The translations under genes and the position numbers were made by a program. Below the pieces are notes generated by a model. The model ran no database searches. It was not told the origin of the DNA and saw only the letters and a program-made list of their open reading frames with translations. A stretch of 64,000 bases of DNA from Lawsonibacter sp. (GTDB taxonomy: Bacteria; Bacillota; Clostridia; Oscillospirales; Oscillospiraceae). The stretch's first letter is position 1, and each line of letters opens with the position of its first letter. The stretch spans positions 165 through 64,164 of the forward strand of contig JAAWIE010000004.1 in the NCBI GenBank assembly GCA_022796195.1. Direction: 5' to 3'. Positions 1-9,535 of the stretch are shown one piece after another.

Positions 1-228
1 AGTAATGTACTGGTATATATCCAGCACTTGCTTGCCGGCATCTGCCACCCCCCATAAAGGCCGGCGCAACTGCGCCGGCCCTTTCTTCCGAAAGTTGTGT
101 GATTTTTCCGCTTTGAATTGCGATTGAAAGATAGATCATTCCTGATAATGTAGCAGTAGACGCACTGATAACAATAGAGTGCAGTTTTTTTCCTACATTT
201 TTTACCACCAAGTTTTAATGCTAATGTC

Positions 229-1629
229 CTAATTGACTGGGATTGTCTCGTCCTCCAATCGAAGTCCGGCAATATCTGCCACGTTTACCGGTTCCTCAAA
301 CTTCCAGGTGTTGAAGGCGTCCTGGACCAGCGATTCTCCCTCCAGAACCGGAGCGGAGTAACGGCCTGTGTCCGGCTCAGCGGCCACTGTGGTTCCGTCT
401 TTCCTGACGGCGTACAGCGGGGTGCTGTGGAATCCGCCGGAATCGTTGCTGTACATGGTCACCGACAGGGGGGAGACCGTCACCTTCCGTACCTGTCTGC
501 CCAACAGTTCACCGGTCCAGTCCAGCACGGCGGAGGGATAGTGCTCCATCTGGAACGATGCTGTCCAGGAGCCTTCAATGGACTGGCCCAGGCGGGTATA
601 CGGCCCATAGAACCGGGCCTTACAGCGTTGAATCAGCGCCAGGTCATCCCTGCGGATCAGGGGAAAAAGAATATCCATTCCGCCCTCCACAAGGGTCTGC
701 TGGCAGACGAACAGCCGGTCATCCCAGCTCCCCGACTGGAACAGGTCGCAGAAAAACCCGCCCTCCTCCGGTGTGACCCCCTCCGCAAAGCCCAGACGGA
801 CATGGAAATAGCCATCGCTAGCAAAGCCCATGGAGGAGATCCACATATCCTGGGTGTCCGCGAGTGGCATGGGATTCTGGTCCGGCGCCAACACCACCAG
901 GTTCTGCGGCAGAACTTCGTCCGTGCAAGGGGAGTTTACAACATCACTGGGTCGGAATATGACCCGGTCTTTCGCCCCTGCGGGCAGGCTCTCCAGCGTG
1001 TTCCCGGTTACCGCGGAACAAGAGGCGTTTGCGTACAGTTTTCCCTCCTGGGTGGTCATGCCCGTGATGGACACCTGAGCGTCTGGGCGGGGCTGAGCCT
1101 GTTCCCCGTAGTAGACGCTGGCAGAAAACAGAGCGGTTCTGGTCTCTGGGTCATAGGAAATCAGTTGAAAGTAGCTGGTTCCAACGCTGCTGACAGAGAT
1201 TTCCGAACTCTCTTCCGTCTCTTTTTTCTCCCCCGTGATCAGCTGGCCCTTTAGGGTCAGACACTCATCCAGGCGGTCTCCCTCCATGTCCTGCACCGAG
1301 AAGTAGACCCTAGCCTCTAAATCATCGGACAGTGCACCCAACACCTGAATCTCCACCCCCTGGTCCTGGCACATCGCACCTTCCACAGGCTGAACGTAGG
1401 GGGCAAAGGCCCCAAGCTGCCTCTGAAGGGTCTCCCTCACAGCTGGGATAACTGCCGCTGCTGCCACAGTGGCCATCAGAACGGCGCACGCTAAAGCTAC
1501 CGCCGCCCGCCAGCTCAACTGTCTGGTACGCTTCTGCTTCGTTTCCATGCTAATCATGGTGTAGAGCCGTCTCAACTCTTCCGGACTAGGCCCTAGTTCC
1601 TCCATCTCATGTCTGTATCGATTCTTCAC
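229..1629 (-). CDS. Anti-sigma factor-like membrane-anchored protein (DUF4179-like)
   Basis: Overlaps the 3' end of the ECF sigma gene; short N-terminal cytoplasmic part, one hydrophobic helix (AAVALACAVLMATVAAAAVI), large beta-rich extracellular part. Confidence 0.7.
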   Translation of the reverse strand: MKNRYRHEMEELGPSPEELRRLYTMISMETKQKRTRQLSWRAAVALACAVLMATVAAAAVIPAVRETLQRQLGAFAPYVQPVEGAMCQDQGVEIQVLGALSDDLEARVYFSVQDMEGDRLDECLTLKGQLITGEKKETEESSEISVSSVGTSYFQLISYDPETRTALFSASVYYGEQAQPRPDAQVSITGMTTQEGKLYANASCSAVTGNTLESLPAGAKDRVIFRPSDVVNSPCTDEVLPQNLVVLAPDQNPMPLADTQDMWISSMGFASDGYFHVRLGFAEGVTPEEGGFFCDLFQSGSWDDRLFVCQQTLVEGGMDILFPLIRRDDLALIQRCKARFYGPYTRLGQSIEGSWTASFQMEHYPSAVLDWTGELLGRQVRKVTVSPLSVTMYSNDSGGFHSTPLYAVRKDGTTVAAEPDTGRYSAPVLEGESLVQDAFNTWKFEEPVNVADIAGLRLEDETIPVN

Positions 1630-2104
1630 GATAAGTTCCCTCCTTTAGCTTGTCCCGCAGTAAATTGCGGGCTCGAAACAGCCAGGTTTTAACGGTTCCC
1701 TCACTTTTTCCCATAATCCCAGCAATTTCCGCCACAGAAAACCCTTCATAATAATGCAGATGAATGGGAATTCGGTAACGTGCAGGCAGAGACAACACCG
1801 CCTGGGTCACGTTCTCCGACTCCGATGCCTCTGGCGCGGGCAGGTTTTCTTTCAGCGCCACTTCGCGGCTCCGCCAAGGCCGGCGGAACAGGTCGTTGGC
1901 ACAGTTGGCGGCAACCCGCAAAAGCCATGCCTTGGCGTGGGCCTCACTGTCAAAGGTCGGGCGAGCTTTGATCAGCCGTAGAAATACCTCCTGCATCACA
2001 TCCTCTGCATCTGCCCTGCACCCAGTTCTGGCATAGGCCAGACGGTATACCGCTGGAGCATACCGCTTTGCCAGTGTGCCAGGGTCATGCTGCTTGTTCT
2101 CCAT
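1607..2104 (-). CDS. ECF RNA polymerase sigma factor
   Basis: Region 2 (AEDVMQEVFLRL...AWLLRVAAN) and region 4 (SLPARYRIPIHLHYYEGFSVAEIA...GTVKTWLFRAR); GGAGG RBS. Confidence 0.93.
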   Translation of the reverse strand: MENKQHDPGTLAKRYAPAVYRLAYARTGCRADAEDVMQEVFLRLIKARPTFDSEAHAKAWLLRVAANCANDLFRRPWRSREVALKENLPAPEASESENVTQAVLSLPARYRIPIHLHYYEGFSVAEIAGIMGKSEGTVKTWLFRARNLLRDKLKEGTYREESIQT

Positions 2105-2129
2105 TCTCCTCCCCCCTTTCTGATTATAA

Positions 2130-2156
2130 TACGGAATTGAGGACCTTTTGGTTTCA
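2130..2156 (-). promoter_or_regulatory. Putative ECF autoregulatory promoter (TGAAAC-N17-CGTA)
   Basis: Minus strand reads TGAAAC (2156-2151), 17 nt, CGTA (2133-2130) just upstream of the sigma gene; resembles SigW/SigV-type promoters. Confidence 0.6.
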
Positions 2157-2192
2157 TTCTGAAAAATAGTTTAGAACATTTTTTTGTTCCAT

Positions 2193-2231
2193 AAAAACCG
2201 CCGCGAACCGAACTGGTTCGCGGCGGTTTTT
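2193..2231. terminator. Intrinsic terminator, bidirectional geometry
   Basis: AAAAACCGCCGCGAACC-gaact-GGTTCGCGGCGGTTTTT, perfect 17-bp inverted repeat including A/T tails. Confidence 0.85.
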
Positions 2232-2239
2232 AGAACAAA

Positions 2240-2455
2240 TTAGTATACGCGCAAAACACAGATGCTCTGGGCAGAAATCTGGGGCGGGATGCTGGCGGTC
2301 ATAATGCCGTCAAAGACGATCCGTACCTGTTCCCCAGCCATCAGATTACCGGTGGAGTTATTGGTATTGACCAAAACCTCCTGCCCGTTCGCGTTGTCGG
2401 TCACCAGGACCTGAGTACCCCAAGCCTGAACAACGGTGGCAATCATAGTCACCAT
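2240..2455 (-). CDS. Small OB-fold-like protein (YobA/DUF3221-like), 71 aa
   Basis: GGAGGTGA RBS before ATG 2455; C-terminal GEQVRIVFDGIMTASIPPQISAQSI pattern; terminator follows. Confidence 0.65.
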   Translation of the reverse strand: MVTMIATVVQAWGTQVLVTDNANGQEVLVNTNNSTGNLMAGEQVRIVFDGIMTASIPPQISAQSICVLRVY

Positions 2456-2493
2456 GGAAGTCACCTCCTGTTGGATTTGGAATCCGTGATATC

Positions 2494-3123
2494 CTATGCG
2501 CCGGACGGCAGGAGGGTGCCAACTGCGGCCCAAATATCCTCTGCGACGGCGTTCATCTCCCGGTCTCCCGGAATGAGGATCACCGTTTCTGTATCCTTTT
2601 GCAGTTCAAACGCCCGAAGGTACTGCTCCCTTGTACGGGCAAGCCGCTCCTTCGTCTCAAACAATTCCATGCAGGTCCGATTCTGTGCGATACGCTCCAA
2701 AGCCAGTTCCGGGTCCACATCCAGAAACAGCGTGGCCGTGGGCCGAAGAAGCTGTGCGCAGGGGAGGTTAAGCGCAACGACCCACTCCAGAGGAAAATCC
2801 ACGCTCTGGTAGGCGTAAGAGGAGAAATAGTAGCGGTCGCACAGCACAACCGTACCGCTCTCAACCGCGCGGAGCAGCCCATGCTCCCGATGCAGAAGGT
2901 GGTCCAGCCGGTCTGCGGTAAAGAGCGGCGCAATCACCCGGCTGTCACATTCCACCTGACCGGCGAGCACCTGCCGCAGCAATTTTCCCATGGGACCTCC
3001 GGTAGGTTCGCAGGTGGTCAGACAAGGAATCCCCGCCGCCTGGACCCGCTGTGCCAGCAGACGGAGCTGGGTAGATTTTCCGCTGCCGTCAATACCCTCC
3101 AGCACAAAAAAACGGCCGTTCAT
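2494..3123 (-). CDS. tmk: Thymidylate kinase
   Basis: P-loop EGIDGSGKSTQ, TCEPT, DRY motif, SSYAYQ. Confidence 0.93.
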   Translation of the reverse strand: MNGRFFVLEGIDGSGKSTQLRLLAQRVQAAGIPCLTTCEPTGGPMGKLLRQVLAGQVECDSRVIAPLFTADRLDHLLHREHGLLRAVESGTVVLCDRYYFSSYAYQSVDFPLEWVVALNLPCAQLLRPTATLFLDVDPELALERIAQNRTCMELFETKERLARTREQYLRAFELQKDTETVILIPGDREMNAVAEDIWAAVGTLLPSGA

Positions 3124-4280
3124 TGGAAAAACCTCTCAATCGAATCCCGTGCCGCCTGGACCGACCCCTGCACAAAATCAGGCTTGCCTCCACCCCGGCC
3201 GTTCAACCCTTGATTCAAGGTTTTTGTAAAGTCCCGCAAGTCTCCTCCTAGTTGACCGACCGCGTATTTATACCCATTGAAATCATCGCCTGAAAAGCAG
3301 ACACACCTTCCGCCACAGGTGCGGAGAACCGCGCTGCACAGCCGCCGCAGGGAATCGGAGGACAATCCGTCCTCAAAGAGAAGCACGTCCCCGGCCCCGG
3401 CATACTGTTGTGCCAGGGAGGCAAAGCGGCTCTCCTCCAGCGCCATCAGGCGGGATTTGAGCGCATTGTTTTCCTCCATCAGGCGTTGGACCGCAGTCCC
3501 AGTCTCAAACACCTTGGCGGACAGCAGGCGGGAAACCTGGGTATTTTGCTCCAGCGTCCGGCCGAGGTATTCCAGAGCCCGTCCGCCGCAGACCAGCTCA
3601 ATGCGCACGCCCTCCCGGAACTTCTGCATGGACAGCAGCTTTACCAGTCCCACCTGTCCGGCGGATTTTACGTGGGTGCCGCAGCAGGCACAGCAGTCCG
3701 CACCGGAGAAGGTGACAATGCGCACCTGTCCGGTCAGCTCTTTTTTGCTTCGGTAGTCAATTTTGCTCAACTCCTCAGGCGAGGGGTAGGTAATTTCCAC
3801 CGGCAGGCTCAGCTGCCAGATGTAGCGGTTGGTCTCCGCCTCCAGAAGGGCAAATTGCTCCTCGGTAAGGGGGCGGTCAAAGTCAATGGTAACCACCTCC
3901 GTTCCCAGGTGGAAGCCCACATTTTCACACCCCCACAAATAGTGGGCCAGACCGGAGACAATGTGCTCCCCTGAGTGCTGCTGCATCAGGTCAAACCGCC
4001 GGTCCCAGTCGATGATTCCGGTGACTGCTGTTCCCGGTTCCAGCGGGTGGTTACAGGTGTGGACCACCTGTCCTTCCCGATTATGTACCTCCAGTACCCT
4101 CACCCGCGCTCTGCCTTCAACCGCCTCCAGCCGCCCGGTGTCGTAGGGCTGACCGCCCCCCTCCGGATAGAAGGCGGTGCGGTCCAGCACAAGGTCGAAG
4201 CCCGTTTTTCCCTTCTGGCAAGCTACTACTTGGGCTTCAAACTTAACCAGAAACGAGTCCTGTTCGTATAATTTCTCCAT
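3120..4280 (-). CDS. Alanyl-tRNA editing protein (AlaX-L type, C-terminal DHHA1)
   Basis: LDRTAFYPEGGGQP, Zn motifs HSGEH and CCGTH, C-terminal GRGGG; start set at MEKLY. Confidence 0.88.
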   Translation of the reverse strand: MEKLYEQDSFLVKFEAQVVACQKGKTGFDLVLDRTAFYPEGGGQPYDTGRLEAVEGRARVRVLEVHNREGQVVHTCNHPLEPGTAVTGIIDWDRRFDLMQQHSGEHIVSGLAHYLWGCENVGFHLGTEVVTIDFDRPLTEEQFALLEAETNRYIWQLSLPVEITYPSPEELSKIDYRSKKELTGQVRIVTFSGADCCACCGTHVKSAGQVGLVKLLSMQKFREGVRIELVCGGRALEYLGRTLEQNTQVSRLLSAKVFETGTAVQRLMEENNALKSRLMALEESRFASLAQQYAGAGDVLLFEDGLSSDSLRRLCSAVLRTCGGRCVCFSGDDFNGYKYAVGQLGGDLRDFTKTLNQGLNGRGGGKPDFVQGSVQAARDSIERFFQ

Positions 4281-4300
4281 TTCAATACACCTTTTAATTA

Positions 4301-4369
4301 GCAAGGGCGGACATTGTCCGCCCGTTTTTGATCTGCTTGCCTCTCGGACGCACATTGCGTACCTCTGCA
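4301..4369. repeat. Degenerate inverted doublet of short GC palindromes (REP/REPIN-like, family B)
   Basis: gcaaGGGCGGACAtTGTCCGCCCg (4301-4324) and oppositely oriented cggACGCAcatTGCGTacctctgca (4345-4369). Confidence 0.45.
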
Positions 4370-4373
4370 CAGC

Positions 4374-5375
4374 TCACAAATAACTCTCGTCCATTTCAGA
4401 ACGTTTGGCCCGCTGCATCAGGTCAATGATGACGGCATGGACATCCCGGCCCTCGTAGAGGACCTCGTAAGCAGCCTGGGCGATGGGCATTTCCACCCCG
4501 GCCTTCTGAGCCAGGGTCCGGGCGTTGTTTGCGGCGTAGTAGCCCTCCACCACAGCGCCGATTTCTTTTACCGCCTCATCCACCGGTTTTCCCTGTCCAA
4601 TGAGGATACCGCACCGGCGGTTACGGGAGTGCATCGAGCAGCAGGTTACAATCAAATCGCCCACGCCCGCAAGCCCTGTAAAGCTGTCTTTCCTGCCGCC
4701 TAGAGCCACGCCCAGCCGGGCCATTTCGGCCAGACCCCGGGTCATAAGCAGAGCTTTGGTGTTGTCCCCGTAGCCCATGCCGTCACAGCACCCAGCGCAG
4801 AGCGCGATGATATTTTTCAGTGCGGCACAAATTTCAGTGCCAATTTTATCATCGCTGGTGTATACCCGGAATCGCTGGTTCATAAACAGGTCCTGAACCT
4901 TTTCGGCAATTTCCAAATCATCCGCCGCCGCGACCACTCCGGTGGGGATGCCGCGCCCCACTTCTTCGGCATGGGAGGGTCCGGACAGCACCACTACAGG
5001 GCACTTGCCCTGAACCTCCTCCTCAATGACCTGGCTGAGCCGCAGAGAGCTATCTTTCTCAATGCCCTTGGATACCGAGACCAGAATGGTTCCTGGGTCG
5101 GCCAGCTCTCGGAGCTGTTTTGCGGTGGAACGCACGGCGAAGGAGGGGGTAGCCACCACCACCAGCCCGCAGCCCTTCACTGCGGCCATGTCGGTGGTAA
5201 AGTTCAAACCTTTGGGCAGGGGAATTCCTTTGAGCATGGGGTTTTCCCGGGTCTCGCGGAGGACCTTGGATTCCTCCTCTGCATAGGACCAAAGCGTTAC
5301 ATCATTGCCGTTTTCCAGCAGCAGCAGGGCCAGCGCGGTCCCCCACGCGCCGCTGCCTAGGACTGTGATTTTCAT
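4374..5375 (-). CDS. gpsA: NAD(P)H-dependent glycerol-3-phosphate dehydrogenase
   Basis: GSGAWGTALA, LSGPSHAEEV, ALKNIIA, GDLIVTC...SRN. Confidence 0.96.
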   Translation of the reverse strand: MKITVLGSGAWGTALALLLLENGNDVTLWSYAEEESKVLRETRENPMLKGIPLPKGLNFTTDMAAVKGCGLVVVATPSFAVRSTAKQLRELADPGTILVSVSKGIEKDSSLRLSQVIEEEVQGKCPVVVLSGPSHAEEVGRGIPTGVVAAADDLEIAEKVQDLFMNQRFRVYTSDDKIGTEICAALKNIIALCAGCCDGMGYGDNTKALLMTRGLAEMARLGVALGGRKDSFTGLAGVGDLIVTCCSMHSRNRRCGILIGQGKPVDEAVKEIGAVVEGYYAANNARTLAQKAGVEMPIAQAAYEVLYEGRDVHAVIIDLMQRAKRSEMDESYL

Positions 5376-5399
5376 ACCGTTTACCTCCCAGATTATTTT

Positions 5400-5422
5400 A
5401 TAGGGGCGGTCTACTCCCGCCC
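5400..5422 (+). repeat. Single short palindrome (family B)
   Basis: ataGGGGCGGtctactcCCGCCC between plsY and gpsA. Confidence 0.35.
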
Positions 5423-6112
5423 TTACGCCTTCTTGTGCAGAGAAAATCTATTCTCCGTGCCGGTCAACAGCCGGTGGATATTCCCCCGGTGCATATACAG
5501 AATCAGCCCGCCAATAACGATAGACAGGGCCAGCAGAGCCGCATCGTGGTAGACAACCCAGGTGGCGAAGGGGAAGGAGGCACCGGCCCAGCAGGAGCCG
5601 AGGGAGACATACTTTGTCACCACCGCCAGGACCAGAAAACCGCCCCAGACCACCAGGGCAATCCGCCAGTCGATCATGATGGCGATGGTTCCGCCGGAGA
5701 GAATCCCCTTGCCCCCCTTAAAGTGGAACATACAGGGGAACATATGCCCCAGCAGGCACCACAGGCCCGCCCAGTATTTGAACAGGTTCAGGTAGTGGAA
5801 GGTTTGTTCCGCAGTTAGTGGGAAATCAGGCATAACGCGGGGATCAAAGTTCCCAGCAGCCCAGATGCCAATCCGGATCGCAATCACCGCTTTCAGCACA
5901 TCGCACAATATGACCACCAGGGTCAAAAAGCCGCCAAAAGTGCGGTAAAAGTTGGTTAGTCCGGCATTGCCGCTGCCATGATTGCGGATATCGTTCCGCA
6001 GGATATACTTCGACACAATGACCGCACCATTGAAGCAGCCGCAGAAATAGGCGGCGATGGCAACCCAGACAAAATCGCTGTATATCGTAAGATAAATCAT
6101 AAATACGCCCAT
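5423..6112 (-). CDS. plsY: Glycerol-3-phosphate acyltransferase PlsY
   Basis: DIRNHGSGNAGLTNFYR, GHMFP...FKGGKG, YVSLGS, HRGNIHRL; between der and gpsA. Confidence 0.92.
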   Translation of the reverse strand: MGVFMIYLTIYSDFVWVAIAAYFCGCFNGAVIVSKYILRNDIRNHGSGNAGLTNFYRTFGGFLTLVVILCDVLKAVIAIRIGIWAAGNFDPRVMPDFPLTAEQTFHYLNLFKYWAGLWCLLGHMFPCMFHFKGGKGILSGGTIAIMIDWRIALVVWGGFLVLAVVTKYVSLGSCWAGASFPFATWVVYHDAALLALSIVIGGLILYMHRGNIHRLLTGTENRFSLHKKA

Positions 6113-6115
6113 CCC

Positions 6116-7441
6116 TCACCCCTCCTTCTCGCTCCGCTCCCGGACGGTGAGGCGGACCGGGGTGCCCTCCAGGCCGAAGGTGGAGCGGATCTGATTTTCA
6201 ATATACCGCTGATAGGAGAAGTGGAACAGCCGGGCGTCGTTGCAGAAGCAGACGAAGTGGGGCGGTTTCACGCCCACCTGGGTCATGTAGTAGACCTTGA
6301 GCCTGCGGCCCTTGTCGGTGGGGGGCTGGACTCTTGCGGTGGCGTCGGCCAGCAGGGAATTTAACATACCGGTGGTAATGCGCATGGCCGCCTGATTGTT
6401 CACATAGTTGATAAGCTCAAACAGCCGGTCCACCCGCTGGCCGGTGAGGGCGGAGATAAACAGGATGGGGGCATAGGTCATGTAGGACAGGTCCCGCATC
6501 ACGTCCTGGCGCATTTTGTCCATGGTTTTGCCGTCTTTTTCGATGGCGTCCCACTTATTGACCACAATAATGCAGGCTTTTCCGGCCTCATGGGCCAATC
6601 CGGCGACTTTGGTATCCTGTTCCGTGACCCCCTCCTGTGCGTCGATCATGATGAGGCACACGTCGCTGCGTTCGATGGCCATGGTAGCCCGGAGGACGGA
6701 AAATTTTTCAATCCGGTCATCGACTCTGGATTTTTTCCGCATTCCGGCAGTGTCGATGAAGAGAAACTTACCCTTGTCGTTCTCGAAGAAGCTGTCCACA
6801 GCGTCCCGGGTGGTCCCGGCCACGTTGGAGACGATCACCCTCTCTTCCCCCAAAATCCGGTTCACCAGAGAGGATTTGCCCACATTGGGCTTGCCAATGA
6901 CCGCCACCTTAACTACGTCGTCGTCTTCTTCGGCCTCTTCCTCCGGAGGGAAGTGCTGGAAACAGGCGTCCAGCAGGTCGCCGGTGCCGTGTCCGTGGAC
7001 GGCAGACACAGCGATGGGGTCGCCCAGTCCCAGGTTATAAAACTCATAGATGTCGGGATTTTCCCGGCCGGTCTGGTCGGCCTTGTTCACCGCCAGAACC
7101 ACCGGCTTTCCGGAGCGCAGGAGCATATTGGCTACCTCCTGATCGGAGGCGGTCATACCGGTTTTGATGTCGCAGACAAAGACAATCACGGTAGCGGTCT
7201 GAATAGCAATCTCCGCTTGTTCCCGCATGAAGGACAAAATCTGGTCGTCAGTCCCCGGCTCAATGCCGCCGGTATCTACGATGTCAAAGACCCGGTTTCT
7301 CCACTCGCACTGGGCGTACAGCCGGTCCCGCGTTACCCCCGGGGTATCCTCCACAATGGAGAGCCGCTGTCCGCACAATTTGTTAAATAACATGGACTTG
7401 CCCACATTGGGACGGCCCACAATCGCAACTAAAGGTTTCAT
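6116..7441 (-). CDS. der: Ribosome biogenesis GTPase Der (EngA)
   Basis: Two G domains (GRPNVGKS, GKPNVGKS; DTGG, DTAG; NKAD, NKWD) and KH-like C-terminus. Confidence 0.97.
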   Translation of the reverse strand: MKPLVAIVGRPNVGKSMLFNKLCGQRLSIVEDTPGVTRDRLYAQCEWRNRVFDIVDTGGIEPGTDDQILSFMREQAEIAIQTATVIVFVCDIKTGMTASDQEVANMLLRSGKPVVLAVNKADQTGRENPDIYEFYNLGLGDPIAVSAVHGHGTGDLLDACFQHFPPEEEAEEDDDVVKVAVIGKPNVGKSSLVNRILGEERVIVSNVAGTTRDAVDSFFENDKGKFLFIDTAGMRKKSRVDDRIEKFSVLRATMAIERSDVCLIMIDAQEGVTEQDTKVAGLAHEAGKACIIVVNKWDAIEKDGKTMDKMRQDVMRDLSYMTYAPILFISALTGQRVDRLFELINYVNNQAAMRITTGMLNSLLADATARVQPPTDKGRRLKVYYMTQVGVKPPHFVCFCNDARLFHFSYQRYIENQIRSTFGLEGTPVRLTVRERSEKEG

Positions 7442-7489
7442 ATGGTCACTTCCTTTTTCACTCTCATTTCCCTAAAAGGGGAAAGACTT

Positions 7490-8866
7490 CTACGGATTAT
7501 ACCGGTAAAATTCTTCATTTTCCCAGGCAGCTTTCTGGGTGTCCGGGGTAAGGGTAATGCCGCAGATCGCGTCCAGCAGCTCATAGCCATCCGGAGCAAC
7601 GGGCTGGACTGGAATCCCTAATTCCCGCTCCACATCCTCTGTGGACACATCGTCCAAGAACACATTCTCCCCGGAACGAAGCATATTGGCGGGGATCAGC
7701 AGACGTTTTCCCAAATACTTTCCCCGGAGCTGGGCAATAAGGTCGCCGCCGGTGACCAGCCCCGCCACGGTAATGGTCTCGCCAAAAAAGTGGTTGACGA
7801 TGGGGTAGACTGCCCCCTCTATCGTACTACATTTTTCCTTCGCCATGTCCACCAATTTTGCTAAAAATGGAGCAGCGGACACACCAGTAGCGATGGAAAA
7901 GGGAGCCGCCCCGGCCAGTTCTTCGGGTTCCATCCACTCCAGGGCACGGGAAAATTCCTGGGTGAGCAGAGTGAGCATTCCGACCCCGTTGTCCAGCTGG
8001 GTAAAGTCCTCAAAATAGTCCTCCGGCGGAAGGTCCCGGCCAGCCAGCAGGTAAAACTCATCCGAGCACCAAACCAGGCGGGTTCCCGCAGACTTCAGGT
8101 GATTTGCCGCGAAGGCTTCCACTTGGTCGATCAGGGCGGCGGCAGTCTCTTGGGTGTAGGTTTGCAGGGGGTAGAGCCCCTCCCGATATTTGGTTACCCC
8201 GACCGGAACCACCGACACACTGTTAACCGCCGGAAACAGCGCCGCTAGCTCCGTCAGAGTCTTGTCCAGGGCCGGACCATCGTTGATGCCGGGACAGGAA
8301 ACAATCTGGCAGTTCATGGTAATACCAGTTTGAGCAAATCGCTCCATAATACTGATTCCCTCCCCTGCCCGGGGATTTTTCAGCATCTCGGCCCGAAGCT
8401 CCCGGTCGGTCGTGTGGACCGAGACGTTGATGGGAGAGATGCGCAGATCAATAATCCGCTGAACTTCTCGGGGAGAGAGGTTGGTGAGGGTGAGGTAGTT
8501 GCCCAGCAGGAACGACAGCCGCGCGTCGTCGTCCTTGAAATAGAGCGAAGGTCTCATTCCGGGGGGCATCTGGTCCACAAAGCAGAAGATACAGTGGTTG
8601 GCGCAGGACCTGGCCCGGTCCATCAGGTAAGTTTCAAACTCCAGCCCCAGGTCCTCCCCTTCAGCCTTGCGCACACGCAGAGTCCGGACCGCTCCGTCCG
8701 GCGCTTTCAGCGTCAGTTCCAGCCGGGGGTCGTAGCTGTAAAATTTGTAGTCCAACACATCCACAATGGGATGCCCATTGATATGAGTGAGAATTTCTCC
8801 AGTTCGCACACCGGCCCGCTGAGCCGGACTGCGGGGCTCCACCGAGCGAACAACGGTTAAACTCAT
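7490..8866 (-). CDS. PDZ + radical-SAM-like Fe-S protein (DUF512 family)
   Basis: N-terminal PDZ-like segment, CxxxCxxC (CANHCIFC), YFKDDDARLSFL, QLDNGVGM; start set at MSLTVV. Confidence 0.85.
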   Translation of the reverse strand: MSLTVVRSVEPRSPAQRAGVRTGEILTHINGHPIVDVLDYKFYSYDPRLELTLKAPDGAVRTLRVRKAEGEDLGLEFETYLMDRARSCANHCIFCFVDQMPPGMRPSLYFKDDDARLSFLLGNYLTLTNLSPREVQRIIDLRISPINVSVHTTDRELRAEMLKNPRAGEGISIMERFAQTGITMNCQIVSCPGINDGPALDKTLTELAALFPAVNSVSVVPVGVTKYREGLYPLQTYTQETAAALIDQVEAFAANHLKSAGTRLVWCSDEFYLLAGRDLPPEDYFEDFTQLDNGVGMLTLLTQEFSRALEWMEPEELAGAAPFSIATGVSAAPFLAKLVDMAKEKCSTIEGAVYPIVNHFFGETITVAGLVTGGDLIAQLRGKYLGKRLLIPANMLRSGENVFLDDVSTEDVERELGIPVQPVAPDGYELLDAICGITLTPDTQKAAWENEEFYRYNP

Positions 8867-8917
8867 GACACACGCCCCTTTCATCCGTCCGCCCAAAAGG
8901 TGGACCAAAATCGGCTT

Positions 8918-8946
8918 ATTTTACTATAAATGGACCGGTAATGCAA
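8918..8946 (-). promoter_or_regulatory. Sigma-A-like promoter for the DUF512-der operon
   Basis: Minus strand TTGCAT-N17-TAAAAT. Confidence 0.5.
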
Positions 8947-9122
8947 GAGCGGAAGCAAAATACTTCCGCTGGCGGCGCCATACATCTCACTCCTTCTCAT
9001 TTTTATTATACCACACTTGAGTCTTAATTTTCAATGGAAAACTGACAGGGGCGCAGGGGGTATGCTCCGCATAGGATGGGATAAACGGCGCGGCGTGCCG
9101 CCGTTTTCTAGGAGGTATTGCA

Positions 9123-9524
9123 ATGCAAGCAACAGGAACTTTAAGCGTCCGGGTATACACCTCCCAGGCGCAGATACCCCTGGAGGGGGCCACGGTAGTG
9201 GTGGCTGCGCCAGGGGCGGACGATAAATGGAACCTGATTTCCATACAATGTACCGACAGCAGCGGCAAAATCCAAACTGTGTCCATAGACGCCCCCGCAG
9301 TGGGGGAAAGTACATCCCCCGGCGGACTGCCCGGAAATGGCGAACCCTGCACCCTGTGCAGCGTGTGGGCGGAACAGCCGGGATATGCCATGCTCCAGGT
9401 GGAAAACGTGCAGATATTTCCCGATGTGGAAACGGTCCAGAACATGGAGCTGATTCCGCTGCCCCAGGGACTTTGCAGTCTTCAGCAGCGGGACGAGCGG
9501 GATATCCCAGCTCAAAGCCTGTAG
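9123..9524 (+). CDS. Stand-alone SleC pre-domain-like protein (carboxypeptidase-regulatory-like beta sandwich)
   Basis: GGAGGT RBS; GTLSVRVYT...PLEGATV...TDSSG...APA...GY...VQIF pattern resembles the N-terminal extension of clostridial SleC. Confidence 0.7.
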   Translation: MQATGTLSVRVYTSQAQIPLEGATVVVAAPGADDKWNLISIQCTDSSGKIQTVSIDAPAVGESTSPGGLPGNGEPCTLCSVWAEQPGYAMLQVENVQIFPDVETVQNMELIPLPQGLCSLQQRDERDIPAQSL

Positions 9525-9535
9525 GAGGCGCAGTT

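Noticed and set aside
1-90. Hairpin at 59-80 and a possible gene start at the left edge
   Set aside because: Too little context to assign strand or function
9227-9535. N-terminal extension of the SleC ORF
   Set aside because: Overlaps the 133-aa gene in another frame; RBS supports start at 9536
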